64,000 nucleotides of DNA from a virus (Duplodnaviria > Caudoviricetes): positions 64,001 through 128,000 of IMG/VR virus record IMGVR_UViG_3300033121_001553. One strand, 5' to 3'. Position 1 is the first letter of the stretch. Each line of letters begins with the position of its first letter. The notes under the pieces are model-generated. The model saw only the letters and a program-made list of their open reading frames with translations. It was not told where the DNA came from and made no database searches. The position numbers and the translations under genes are program-made. This document shows positions 41,199-50,820 of this stretch, piece after piece.

Positions 41199-43295
41199 TC
41201 ACTCGTCTGTAGCATCAACGTTTACGTCTTCAGACAGAAGAACATTTTCAGCGCTTGCATCAGCTGTTTCTATCTGCCAGTTATGACGCTCACAAAACTT
41301 TTGTAGCATCTTATACATATCGCTTCCAAACGCAGGCTTGTAATATCCCTCTGCAAGTGGTTTCTTATCAACACCTGCAGTCGAAAGACTATTGAGCCAT
41401 TTGATATCCGATGGATCATCTTCTGTTGCTGTTTTAACAGTTGGCGTTGGAGTTGTTATCTTTTTCTTGTACCGACGTCTTCTTATTGCATTTCCGCGCC
41501 ATTTTCTTTCAGCTTTTGACTGTGCTTCTGAGAATCTTCTTATTTTGCTTGACGCAGATATCGGTCTATCGAGTTCCTTAAGCTGAAATTGTGGTGGTGC
41601 GAAGTCATCAGCGTCAGTGAGTATATTTTCTTCGTCTTCATCATCTTCAACGCTTGCATTAACTTCTCCGCCTGGTTCTCCACCTGCGGGTGGCGCTCCA
41701 CCGCCACCCTCACCGCCAGCTGGTGGAGCGCCACCGCCAAGATCTCCGCCGCCAAGCCCACCTAGCTCTTCACCGCCACCGCCTCCCGTAGGATTCGTAA
41801 AGTCGAATCCACCACCGCCACCTCCGCCGCCGCCGCCCATACCGCCGTCAGCTGTTTCAAGTCCAACGCCGATTTTTTCAAGTTCTGCATCTCGTGCACG
41901 ATCTTTCTTTCTACCCTCTTCTATGGCTGCTATCTGATCTTCTGTTAGCGAAAGTATATTTGTTCTTACAAAGTCACGATCAAGCATGCCTTCTGGTGGG
42001 CTACCAGCTATCTCAAACTTTGCGCGCCATAGCTCAAGCTTCTGCTGCTCAGCAACTGTTGATGGATTCGACAAACGAAGAGCAAAGTTGATCAGATCTT
42101 CGCCAGAAAATCCATGCACGAATAGATGCATAATCGCAAGCTTGTTGAGCTCTGATAGTATCGTCTTCTGTATAACGTTTATTGTACGAGCAAATCTAAT
42201 GTCGACTTGCGCAAGCGTTGACTTGCTTCCAAGTAGCTCTTCGTATCCCAAGTAAGCGCTTGGTACACCCAACGCTGTTACAAGTTTTCTTCTTATGTAT
42301 TGAACGTCTTCGACGGCAGCGACATTTTGACCACCAGCAAGCGTGTCTATCTTCGTTGCAGACGTCGAACCTCTAACGGGCATGATGTAGTCTTCTTCTA
42401 CGCTCATAGCTCCATAACGCAAGTCGACTCTACCAGTCGCTCTATCAACGACAGATGCCGTACGAAAATTGTTCTTTACGCTTTCAATGTGTGCTGGTAT
42501 AGCTTCGTTTGGCATATTACCAACGTCGATGTAGATCACACGACGCTCGGGCGCTCGTACGATACGATAGACAAGCATCGCGTCTTCGATCAGTATGAGC
42601 TGTCTCCACACTCTTCTTGCTCCGTCTAGAACTGATGAACCGTACGGCAAGTAGTTATCATTTCCGAGCAGACGCATGTGAACAATCTCCCAGTTTTCTA
42701 GCACACGTGCACCAAGCGTATTCCATCTGAACCTGACGGCTGCTGGATCTGCTGGATCGAAATTTTCTTCGCGATCGATTTCATTAACTGGTATCGGTAT
42801 CAGGCCTTGCACACCGTACTCTGGTGATACGTCTACATACGCAAACCAGTCACCGTTCTTGCACAAGTTACGTGCCCAAGGCCTCATGTTGAACTCAACG
42901 TTCAATACGTTGTAAAAAAGATCTTCCAAGATCTCTTGTATCTTCGGATTATCGCTATAGATGTGAAATGATCGTCCTTTATCGTCCTGAGCGCATGACT
43001 CATCTGCGTACAAGTTAAGCGCTGTAGCGATCTCAGGCATCTGCTCCATCTCGATAAAGTCTTGGAATCTCATCAGTCGTTCTGATGAGTTGAACGAGTT
43101 GGCTGTTAGCGCAGTGTATGTTGGTGATATTGTTTTTGAAAACAACTGTGCTGCAGATGAATACACAGAATTGCCAGACGCTACAACCGTGTCTTGTGAC
43201 TTTACTTTTCTTCTTACGACAGGCCCGCTCTTAAAAAGACGTGTGAGTTTTTTGAAGAAACTGTCGTACTGATTATCCTGTGTTGCCATCAGCAT
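41199..43295 (-). CDS. Portal protein (gp20-like) with Gly-rich C-terminal extension
   Basis: PEIATALNLYADE, LIEDAMLVYRIVRAPERRVIYIDVGN, EEDYIMPVRG, IDTLAGG, ALGVP. Confidence 0.94.
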   Translation of the reverse strand: MLMATQDNQYDSFFKKLTRLFKSGPVVRRKVKSQDTVVASGNSVYSSAAQLFSKTISPTYTALTANSFNSSERLMRFQDFIEMEQMPEIATALNLYADESCAQDDKGRSFHIYSDNPKIQEILEDLFYNVLNVEFNMRPWARNLCKNGDWFAYVDVSPEYGVQGLIPIPVNEIDREENFDPADPAAVRFRWNTLGARVLENWEIVHMRLLGNDNYLPYGSSVLDGARRVWRQLILIEDAMLVYRIVRAPERRVIYIDVGNMPNEAIPAHIESVKNNFRTASVVDRATGRVDLRYGAMSVEEDYIMPVRGSTSATKIDTLAGGQNVAAVEDVQYIRRKLVTALGVPSAYLGYEELLGSKSTLAQVDIRFARTINVIQKTILSELNKLAIMHLFVHGFSGEDLINFALRLSNPSTVAEQQKLELWRAKFEIAGSPPEGMLDRDFVRTNILSLTEDQIAAIEEGRKKDRARDAELEKIGVGLETADGGMGGGGGGGGGGFDFTNPTGGGGGEELGGLGGGDLGGGAPPAGGEGGGGAPPAGGEPGGEVNASVEDDEDEENILTDADDFAPPQFQLKELDRPISASSKIRRFSEAQSKAERKWRGNAIRRRRYKKKITTPTPTVKTATEDDPSDIKWLNSLSTAGVDKKPLAEGYYKPAFGSDMYKMLQKFCERHNWQIETADASAENVLLSEDVNVDATDE
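41680..41850 (-). repeat. Low-complexity Gly-rich repeat in the portal tail
   Basis: Poly-Gly run plus two tandem GGAPPAGGE units. Confidence 0.8.
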
Positions 43296-43296
43296 T

Positions 43297-43333
43297 AAAA
43301 TAAACGAAAGGGACGAATGTTTCGTCCCTTTCG
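43297..43333 (-). terminator. Terminator-like hairpin immediately upstream of the portal gene
   Basis: 13-bp stem cgaaagggacgaa/ttcgtccctttcg (43305-43333) followed on the minus strand by tttatttt. Confidence 0.75.
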
Positions 43334-43359
43334 CGTTTTAGCTGACTGAATGTTACAAT

Positions 43360-43767
43360 TTAAAAATTGATTATGCGTCGTTTTTTACTAATTGAACTGC
43401 TACTGCCGTAGTCTGATGAACGCACTCTATCACGTGGTATTTTTAGTTGTGAGTCTAGCTCACCCTCTGGTCTACCAAGATACTTTTTTGGATTTTCATT
43501 CATATCTTTTAGCTGTTCTGCGCATTCACTTATTTTTTTTGACATCTCATCAATGAAGCTATTCACACGTGGAGAATCTTTGAACTTATCGCTTTCTTTG
43601 ATCTTTTGAACTATCGTAGACAGCGCGCCGATCTTGTTAAGCAAGTCACTTGAAAGTTTTGTAATGTCAGAAATCTTACGATGCTTTTCTTCTTCGCCCT
43701 CTGCAAGAACATTATCGATAAGCTTCTTTATCTCATTTACGTTTATGACGTTTGTCTTCTTGTCCAT
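43360..43767 (-). CDS. Hypothetical protein, putative head-internal protein
   Basis: N-terminus INVNEIKKLIDNVLAE with AGGTGA SD. Confidence 0.7.
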   Translation of the reverse strand: MDKKTNVINVNEIKKLIDNVLAEGEEEKHRKISDITKLSSDLLNKIGALSTIVQKIKESDKFKDSPRVNSFIDEMSKKISECAEQLKDMNENPKKYLGRPEGELDSQLKIPRDRVRSSDYGSSSSISKKRRIINF

Positions 43768-43785
43768 GTCAGCTCACCTTAAATA

Positions 43786-45381
43786 TCATCTCAATAGCAA
43801 CCACGAGAAATTTGGATCCATTATCGCTTTCGATGTTCGAAGCAGCATTTCTCTTCTACGCGCAAGCACTGGATCATCTACTGACTTTAGTCTGTATCCA
43901 ACGACCATTTCGTCTACAGAAGGCAACGTTTTACGTTCGCATCTCAGCAGCTTGTTGAGTTCGTAGTCTTCTGGCTTTTTCTCATACGACATAAGATTTA
44001 GCTCGTAATACACATACGACATAACTGCCAAAGACATCACAAGATCGTCTGTAAATCCTTTAAGCGCTAGAGCTTTCTGACCTTGCCATACAAAACTTCG
44101 TATTTCATGCAAAAATCTTGATGAACGTATAATCATACGTTTCGTTCTTAGCAACTCTTCGAGACGCGTTAGCATGATAACACGTGTTTTTGCAGATGTT
44201 GTTAGACCCGGCAGCGCTTCGTACTCTGTAACATCAACATCAGACAACGATGCAACGCCAACGTCTTCGTACCACAAAGCCGGATATTTCATATCACGTA
44301 GTTTAATACACGTTGTGTAACCAAATCCGTTGTTTTCTGGTGCAACTACGGCATTGTTATACTTTTTGCCAGTGTCTGCTATCATATCTGCAAGAATGTC
44401 TGGCGTTACCTTTCCCATGAATTCGACTACAACTTCGCCTGTTCGTTGATTCATGACGTGAAATGTTGAAAAGTCACCTGCATCGCCTCTCGAAACATCT
44501 GCACTAAGCATGTACTGCTCATTTTCCGACGGTTCTTCCCAAATCCATACGCTAGAGTCAGGTCCTGTTTTTCTAAGTGGCTCTGAGATACAGCTAGTGA
44601 TAAATGAGATTGTGTCATATTGAAGGTATGTCTCACCGCTTGATATGAAGTCGCACATTAGCTCTTGCGCTATTTGACGCTTCGTCATATTTCTGGTTTC
44701 ATTTTCAAACCATGCAAGATCATGTTCAGGATGCACGTCCCACTTGAGCTCTATCGCGTTGAACTCATTCGACTTCGCAAGCGCTCCTGCGTACAGGTCG
44801 TAGTACTGCCCTCCAACACCGTTTGGAGTCGAAATTAGAATTGCTTCACCACCGGTAGACAACGTTGGATAAAGACCAGTCCAAAGAACATCAAAGTCTC
44901 TAATGTGCGCTGCTTCATCAACTATCAGCAGAGAAAGCGCCTCAGAACGTCCAGCGTCTTCAGACGTCGGTACAGCATGAACCTTGCTGCCGTTGTCGAA
45001 TGTTATAGTCTGCTTTGTAATGTTTGCTTTCGTTATCTTTATCCAGTCGGGTAGATTATCGTACATAACCTTTACCTTCTTGATAAAGTTGATCGCAGTC
45101 GGGAGCTTAGTTGCAATGATCAGTATGTTTTTATCACGTCTAAAAATCGCTAGCCACAAAGCATAAGCAGCTGTGACCGTAGAAAGTCCCAGCTGCCTTG
45201 CTTTCGCTATGATGTTGAAACGATGTTTTCTAAACGATTCAATTACGTCATTTTGAAATTTATACGTTTTGAAATTCAACAATCCACGCTTTGGGTGCTG
45301 AATTTTGCAATACGAATTCATAAAGTACGTTGGATCTTTTCCACAACGTACTATCTCTCTATAAATTTTTTCTTTATCCAT
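43786..45381 (-). CDS. terL: Terminase large subunit (gp17-like)
   Basis: KARQLGLST, LLIVDEAA, ISTPNG, nuclease SADVSRG, ENNGFG, DDLVMSLA. Confidence 0.95.
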   Translation of the reverse strand: MDKEKIYREIVRCGKDPTYFMNSYCKIQHPKRGLLNFKTYKFQNDVIESFRKHRFNIIAKARQLGLSTVTAAYALWLAIFRRDKNILIIATKLPTAINFIKKVKVMYDNLPDWIKITKANITKQTITFDNGSKVHAVPTSEDAGRSEALSLLIVDEAAHIRDFDVLWTGLYPTLSTGGEAILISTPNGVGGQYYDLYAGALAKSNEFNAIELKWDVHPEHDLAWFENETRNMTKRQIAQELMCDFISSGETYLQYDTISFITSCISEPLRKTGPDSSVWIWEEPSENEQYMLSADVSRGDAGDFSTFHVMNQRTGEVVVEFMGKVTPDILADMIADTGKKYNNAVVAPENNGFGYTTCIKLRDMKYPALWYEDVGVASLSDVDVTEYEALPGLTTSAKTRVIMLTRLEELLRTKRMIIRSSRFLHEIRSFVWQGQKALALKGFTDDLVMSLAVMSYVYYELNLMSYEKKPEDYELNKLLRCERKTLPSVDEMVVGYRLKSVDDPVLARRREMLLRTSKAIMDPNFSWLLLR

Positions 45382-45420
45382 GCTTAATAATATATGTTAA
45401 GCATAGACAAAAATTTATGA

Positions 45421-45864
45421 TAACGTAAAATCATACGTTGCTGTACGAATCACATACGCAATTCTGCGTGGATTATGTTGCATCGCAGAAATCGTTTGCA
45501 GAGTATCCTCAGCGCCAACAAACTTGATCTTCAAGTCTTCATCGGCTATCTTCTTGTACTCACGTTTGATTCGTGCTACCTCTGAGTCTATAACGCTATC
45601 AGCTTCATGTATTGCACGCTCTTTAAGCATGTAGCGTTCATTTACGCTGCTGTAATTAACGACTGCAGTGTATGTAATAACAAGTCTTTCACCGACTATT
45701 TTTGACTTCACGGATGGACCGACAAGATTAGCAGACGTTGACGGTCTTGTGAAAGTTGTGTCGATTACTTGTCCAAGCGCATACACATCGTATCCAGCGT
45801 TAGCGCGTACTGTAGCTTTTTTCTTATCAGGCATGTCAATATGTATCTCCAAATGATGCGCCAC
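45421..45864 (-). CDS. Hypothetical protein
   Basis: ORF upstream of the terminase. Ends TTA TCA TAA. Confidence 0.65.
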
Positions 45865-46123
45865 CGTTCATTTTACAACGATAACATACGCTGTACTCTT
45901 CGTATGTATCATAGTCTTCCCTACTAAGCATAATTTTTTTACAGCTTGGGCAATCAAGTGGTACTTCGCATGTGTTCTTAAGATCATCAATAACACAGTG
46001 AATACCCTTGTATTTCGTTACTAGCTTACCATCGTAACGATTTTTCCACGTTGCGTTTCTCAGACAACGCTTTGTTTCATTTATCATCTCATGAAAATTG
46101 AACGTAGGAGTTGTTTTGTTCAT
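45836..46123 (-). CDS. Small Zn-finger protein
   Basis: CPSC...CYRC. Start uncertain. Confidence 0.6.
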   Translation of the reverse strand: MNKTTPTFNFHEMINETKRCLRNATWKNRYDGKLVTKYKGIHCVIDDLKNTCEVPLDCPSCKKIMLSREDYDTYEEYSVCYRCKMNGGASFGDTY

Positions 46124-49100
46124 CTTTAACCACCTCTATCTGCTGATCTGCAATATCTTTGATCGCATCAACATGACTTATTACGAGAATAAATCTAAAG
46201 CTGTTTCTCAGCGAAGACAGCAAACTACATATTGACGGTAGCTGAATCTCGTCTAGTGTACCGAAACCTTCGTCTATGATGAAAAAGTCTGGTTTCGGTA
46301 GCACAGAAACTTTATGCAACGCTACTCTTATCGCTATCGATGCTATCGTTTTTTCCATGCCACTGCATAGTTCGATAATGCGTTTTGAGTCATTGTAGTT
46401 GATGAACACTTCAAGACTCGTTGAAGCTTCGTCTTCAAACTCAAGCTCGATCGTAAAGTCAACGTTACCTGCAAGAATTCCAGCAATTTGTCGATTGATG
46501 TAATGCAGCTTCGAACGCATCAAATACGCAGGCAAACCCTTTTTCGAGAATGCTTGCATCAGAAATTCAACAGCTCCGATACGCTTTGAAACATCAAGCT
46601 CAGATATAAGTTTGTCGTTGCTATCTCTTAGCGTATTCTCATCTTTAGCTTTACGCTGTATGATTTGAACAAGTCGCTTTTGAAGCAATTCAACTTTGCT
46701 TTTTTCTGCTTCAAGCTCATTTTTTAGCTTTAGTGCCGCTTCATCATCTTTGCTATGCTCATCATCGACGCTCAGCACTGCTAGTTGCTTTGTAATTTCA
46801 ACTATCTTCTCATTTAGAGAATCGATCTTTGATGCATGTCTTACAACATTTTCTGCGCTCTTCGATAGCTGCACATTTGCTGATGCTATACCTCTTGTAA
46901 GCTCATCTCTTTTCTTGATTTTTTTCGATATTTCTGACTCTTTTTCATCTGAGCACATTGCGGCTGTCGTTTCTATGACAGTCTGCAATTTTTCTATTTT
47001 TGCTGCAAGCTCTGTTAGCTGCATCGAATCTTCAGCAGCGTCCTTTATGTACATGCAGCTTGGGAACGTTCCGCCGCAAGGAACATCTGATAGCTTCAAA
47101 GCATTTTTTTTCTTTGATGAATACGATGCTTCAGTAACACGCTTCTCTGACTTCAAATTCGCCAGTTCATTAGAAAAAATCTTTAGCTGCTTTAGTTCGT
47201 CTGTAAGGGTATCAATGTTGTGCTTATCAACAACACTCTGAGCAACTTCTATTTTTTTCTTTAGTTCATCGCGTACTGCAGTTTCAGCCGTAAGCTGTTC
47301 TTGCACTTCTGCCAGTTGACGCTTTGCTGTTTCAAGTTGCGCTGTTAGACGTTTTCTTTCTAGTATTGTCTGAGCTGTATTCGATACGCCTGCGTATGCT
47401 ATGCTTAGTCGTAGAACATCATCCTCAGCAGATTTCTTTTGCGATTCGCATTCTTCGATTTCTCTGTTAGCGTCGTTTAGTCTATGCTCAAGTGCTGTTA
47501 TTTGTTTCTTTAGCTCATCGATAGAAATACCACCCGACTTTGCTTTGAGCAGTTGTAGCTCTGACTTCATCGTTGCGTGATACGTTTCAAATATGTTGAG
47601 TCCTAGACAACGCGTTACTATCGCTTTGCGCGCTGCTGAACCTACATTTATGAAATTCAGCATGTCGCCTTGGGCTGACAACGCTGTTAGCGCAAAGTCT
47701 TCTCCTGTGCCGATGAACGTTCTAAGCGTACGATCTGTGTCAGATCTCTGCTCAGCAGAAAGTGATACAAGCTCATCGTTAACGTAGCTGTACAATTCAA
47801 GAGTCGTTGGAGCTCCAACAACACCTCGCTTTTGATTCTCAATCTTGCGTGTTTTTCTTTGAAGCGCGTAAACACCATTCGAGCATGTAACAATCGCGCT
47901 TGCACCGCATTCTTGCTTGTTGACGTTAATGTAGCTAATGTTCTTCAGAGAACCACGATCAGACGAGTTATATAGCGCGTACGTTATTGCACCAACGATA
48001 GACGACTTACCAATCCTGTTTCGTCCAAAAACGCCGACTATACCGTTTAGCTTGTTGAAGTCTATTTTGTTATCTCCGCCGTAACAAAACAAATTATCAA
48101 ATTCAAGCTTGTTTATCGTCCAATTTCCGGTGTTTATTTCAACGTTGTTAGTTTGATCAATACAATTTTTGAGTTCATGCGTAATAAGATCACGATCAAA
48201 TTTTGAGTACGACTTTTCATCGTAGTTTCGCAAAAGCTCATGTAGATCGTTAACAGATCTAATGTTTGTTTGCTTATCACCACCGTCAGAACTCAGTTCT
48301 ACTTTCTTGATCTCATCTTGAGATTCATCTTCTATCTTGAATGCAACTTCAAGTCCACCGTAACGTTTTAGCTGATTCGTAATCGTCTGAATTGCCGACT
48401 GTGTCGGTCGTGACGAGCAAAGAACTCTAAATCTAGACTTCGCGGGATACTTTTTGTAGTCTGACAGACCATTCACATCATCCCAATAGAGCGTAACAAA
48501 TGGATTGATAGTCGCAATTTCAACAAATTTCGCTGAAAAGTTTTTCTTTCCTACAATATCCCAGACGTAATATCCGTGCTCATTGATCGATTCACCATGA
48601 TTCTGCTGAATAAACGAGCCTGGATACGCTATCCGTGGTGTAACGACGCCATCTTGAATCGCTACATAGTCAAGACATTGACGCTTGTGAATGTCACCGA
48701 GAAGCGCAATATCGTAGTCATTAAAATAGTCTGTTGTAACATGCCCGTCAACAGCCCATCCAACGTCTGTCTTTGATCCATCAACTGGACCGTGATAGCA
48801 CCCTATCGTAAAACAGTTTGTTTGATCAAACGGCGCTTTATGAGTGTTCCAGCTATCTTGATCAAACAAACTGTAGATGTAAAGCCAAATACCATCGTGG
48901 CTTGCAAACTTATTATCGCCAGTCAGTTTATACCAACCAGACTTTTTGTAGAGACATATTCTAGGATTGTTCAGAGCCTCTACAATTGGTGATATCGCAT
49001 CCATACGTGTTAGATTCACGATATTACCATCGTGATTTCCGAGCATCATATGAACGGGCGCGACATCAGCCAGCTTCGTTAGCCATGTATTCATTACGCT

Positions 49101-49289
49101 AACGAATTCAGGACTTATTCCAGCTGTCTTAGTATGAAAGATATCTCCAGCAATAAAGATGTAATCTACAAGATGATCTTTTGCTGACTTGTAGAATTTT
49201 TCAAACGTTTCTAGGTACTCTTCATGACGAGAAAGTCCACGCCAATGAATATCAGCAAGATGCGCGATTCTAATATTTGATTTCATCAC
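46089..49289 (-). CDS. Fused Mre11/SbcD nuclease and Rad50/SbcC ATPase (gp47-gp46 fusion)
   Basis: N-terminal ADIH, AGDIFH, GNHD, GDIHK. Then Walker A GRNRIGKSS, Q-loop SAQG, coiled coil with CGGTFPSC hook, signature CSGMEK, IIDEGFGTLD, VISH. Confidence 0.92.
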   Translation of the reverse strand: MMKSNIRIAHLADIHWRGLSRHEEYLETFEKFYKSAKDHLVDYIFIAGDIFHTKTAGISPEFVSVMNTWLTKLADVAPVHMMLGNHDGNIVNLTRMDAISPIVEALNNPRICLYKKSGWYKLTGDNKFASHDGIWLYIYSLFDQDSWNTHKAPFDQTNCFTIGCYHGPVDGSKTDVGWAVDGHVTTDYFNDYDIALLGDIHKRQCLDYVAIQDGVVTPRIAYPGSFIQQNHGESINEHGYYVWDIVGKKNFSAKFVEIATINPFVTLYWDDVNGLSDYKKYPAKSRFRVLCSSRPTQSAIQTITNQLKRYGGLEVAFKIEDESQDEIKKVELSSDGGDKQTNIRSVNDLHELLRNYDEKSYSKFDRDLITHELKNCIDQTNNVEINTGNWTINKLEFDNLFCYGGDNKIDFNKLNGIVGVFGRNRIGKSSIVGAITYALYNSSDRGSLKNISYINVNKQECGASAIVTCSNGVYALQRKTRKIENQKRGVVGAPTTLELYSYVNDELVSLSAEQRSDTDRTLRTFIGTGEDFALTALSAQGDMLNFINVGSAARKAIVTRCLGLNIFETYHATMKSELQLLKAKSGGISIDELKKQITALEHRLNDANREIEECESQKKSAEDDVLRLSIAYAGVSNTAQTILERKRLTAQLETAKRQLAEVQEQLTAETAVRDELKKKIEVAQSVVDKHNIDTLTDELKQLKIFSNELANLKSEKRVTEASYSSKKKNALKLSDVPCGGTFPSCMYIKDAAEDSMQLTELAAKIEKLQTVIETTAAMCSDEKESEISKKIKKRDELTRGIASANVQLSKSAENVVRHASKIDSLNEKIVEITKQLAVLSVDDEHSKDDEAALKLKNELEAEKSKVELLQKRLVQIIQRKAKDENTLRDSNDKLISELDVSKRIGAVEFLMQAFSKKGLPAYLMRSKLHYINRQIAGILAGNVDFTIELEFEDEASTSLEVFINYNDSKRIIELCSGMEKTIASIAIRVALHKVSVLPKPDFFIIDEGFGTLDEIQLPSICSLLSSLRNSFRFILVISHVDAIKDIADQQIEVVKDEQNNSYVQFS

Positions 49290-50218
49290 TTTAGCAGTTT
49301 ATTCAAGAATTGAGACTTCCAAACGTAAGGCTTCGCTTTTGCAATTGCAGCATGCAATGCAAAACGTTCGGTGTCGCCCGGATCTTTTTTTAGCGTTGCG
49401 TATCTTACGTTTACACCGTAGTCAACAAGTTCAGCGCAAATTTTATTACTTTTCTCAGCAGCATCTGGATCTAGACAGACACAGACAGGTGTATTATTTT
49501 CAACTATTTTGCAGAACAAAGCGTAAGTGTAGTCAAGCTCTGATCCAAGCAGACACGTAGCATTCAACGAACCAACACGCATAAGATCAAACGGTCCTTC
49601 AACGAGAATAAGTTCAATATTCCAGTCAATGTTCAATTCGTTGAATATGATTTCTGTCTTTTTTATGTTGCTATTAACATATTTGTTTTGAATTTTTTGT
49701 TGTCCATAATATCTTCCAACGTAATAGTTCAACTCTCCATTTGCGTCATACGATGGAAAACAAACGTAGTCACGATGCTCTGGACACACAAATAGTTTGT
49801 ACCTGTAAGCGTCATTGATCGTGTATTTTCTTTTAACGATGTAGTCGTACGCTTTGTTTGCTTCATTACTTGCAAGTTTATACACAAGCTCAGAATGATT
49901 TGGCATGTACACAGCTGCATCATTTGCATGTGTACTTGTTCGAAACTCATCGCTTGTGTAGTACCCTGCACTAAAATTTGTGTTGTATTCATGGACCGCT
50001 TGCTTACCAAAGCATTTGTAAAGAAGCGGTCCAAGACTACGTGATCCCCATCCACAGATCCAACAATGCGTTTTATCGTTATCGAGTCTGATCGATAGCT
50101 TCTTTTTATTTGTACCGCATATCGGACATGCTACAACTACGTTAACATGATTCCTCGAGAATTCGATCGAGCCAAAATACTTTTTGATAAAGTTGATTTT
50201 GTCGTCTACTGTAGGCAA
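49286..50218 (-). CDS. DNA primase (Zn-binding plus TOPRIM, gp61-like)
   Basis: CPIC...HCWICG, YYVGR, LVEGPFD, CLDPDA, KDPGD. Start placed at TTG 50218 because ATG 50251 is followed by in-frame TTA TTA. Confidence 0.82.
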   Translation of the reverse strand: MPTVDDKINFIKKYFGSIEFSRNHVNVVVACPICGTNKKKLSIRLDNDKTHCWICGWGSRSLGPLLYKCFGKQAVHEYNTNFSAGYYTSDEFRTSTHANDAAVYMPNHSELVYKLASNEANKAYDYIVKRKYTINDAYRYKLFVCPEHRDYVCFPSYDANGELNYYVGRYYGQQKIQNKYVNSNIKKTEIIFNELNIDWNIELILVEGPFDLMRVGSLNATCLLGSELDYTYALFCKIVENNTPVCVCLDPDAAEKSNKICAELVDYGVNVRYATLKKDPGDTERFALHAAIAKAKPYVWKSQFLNKLLK

Positions 50219-50247
50219 ATGTAATAATACATTAATCAATTTTTTCA

Positions 50248-50820
50248 TCACTTACAATATGTTTTTTTAGCAACAGCAGCCATTACAACAGCGTCTGACT
50301 CATCATAAGCCCACGAATATGGTTTTTCTGTCTTCTTATTTATCCAGTCATCGACTTTGCTGGGATAGCGTTTCAAGTTATCGTCGAATACGTCTTGTTT
50401 CTTATTCTTTGATCCTTTAATATTTGGATAACCACATTTTTTTCTGCCATGCGACACTGACACATGACAAAACTTGTAGTCGTATGATGAGTGCACCTCT
50501 GTAAACAGCTTATGCAGACCGTACGTTATCATACCATTGAAAAACTGCAGCTTGGATATTGTACCTGCCGATGTTCTACCTTGCGCGTACGCTTTTGCTG
50601 GTTCTTCAATGCACAATGATAGTTTTAGCCTACGCGTTGATAGATTCATCAGTGAAAGCATGAACTCTGCAATGACACGATCAGCAAAATTTACAAGTTC
50701 CTCATCTTTACTTCTGCTCACGTGAGTTGTCACAAGCTTATCATCGCAAAAGAAAGCAATGCCAACTGTCGTTGTTGATATGTCAAACCCGGCGTAAACC
50801 GTCGCGTATTCCGCATTCAT
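50248..50820 (-). CDS. ruvC: RuvC-like Holliday junction resolvase
   Basis: GFDISTTTVG, CIEEP, DESDAVVMA. Confidence 0.78.
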   Translation of the reverse strand: MNAEYATVYAGFDISTTTVGIAFFCDDKLVTTHVSRSKDEELVNFADRVIAEFMLSLMNLSTRRLKLSLCIEEPAKAYAQGRTSAGTISKLQFFNGMITYGLHKLFTEVHSSYDYKFCHVSVSHGRKKCGYPNIKGSKNKKQDVFDDNLKRYPSKVDDWINKKTEKPYSWAYDESDAVVMAAVAKKTYCK

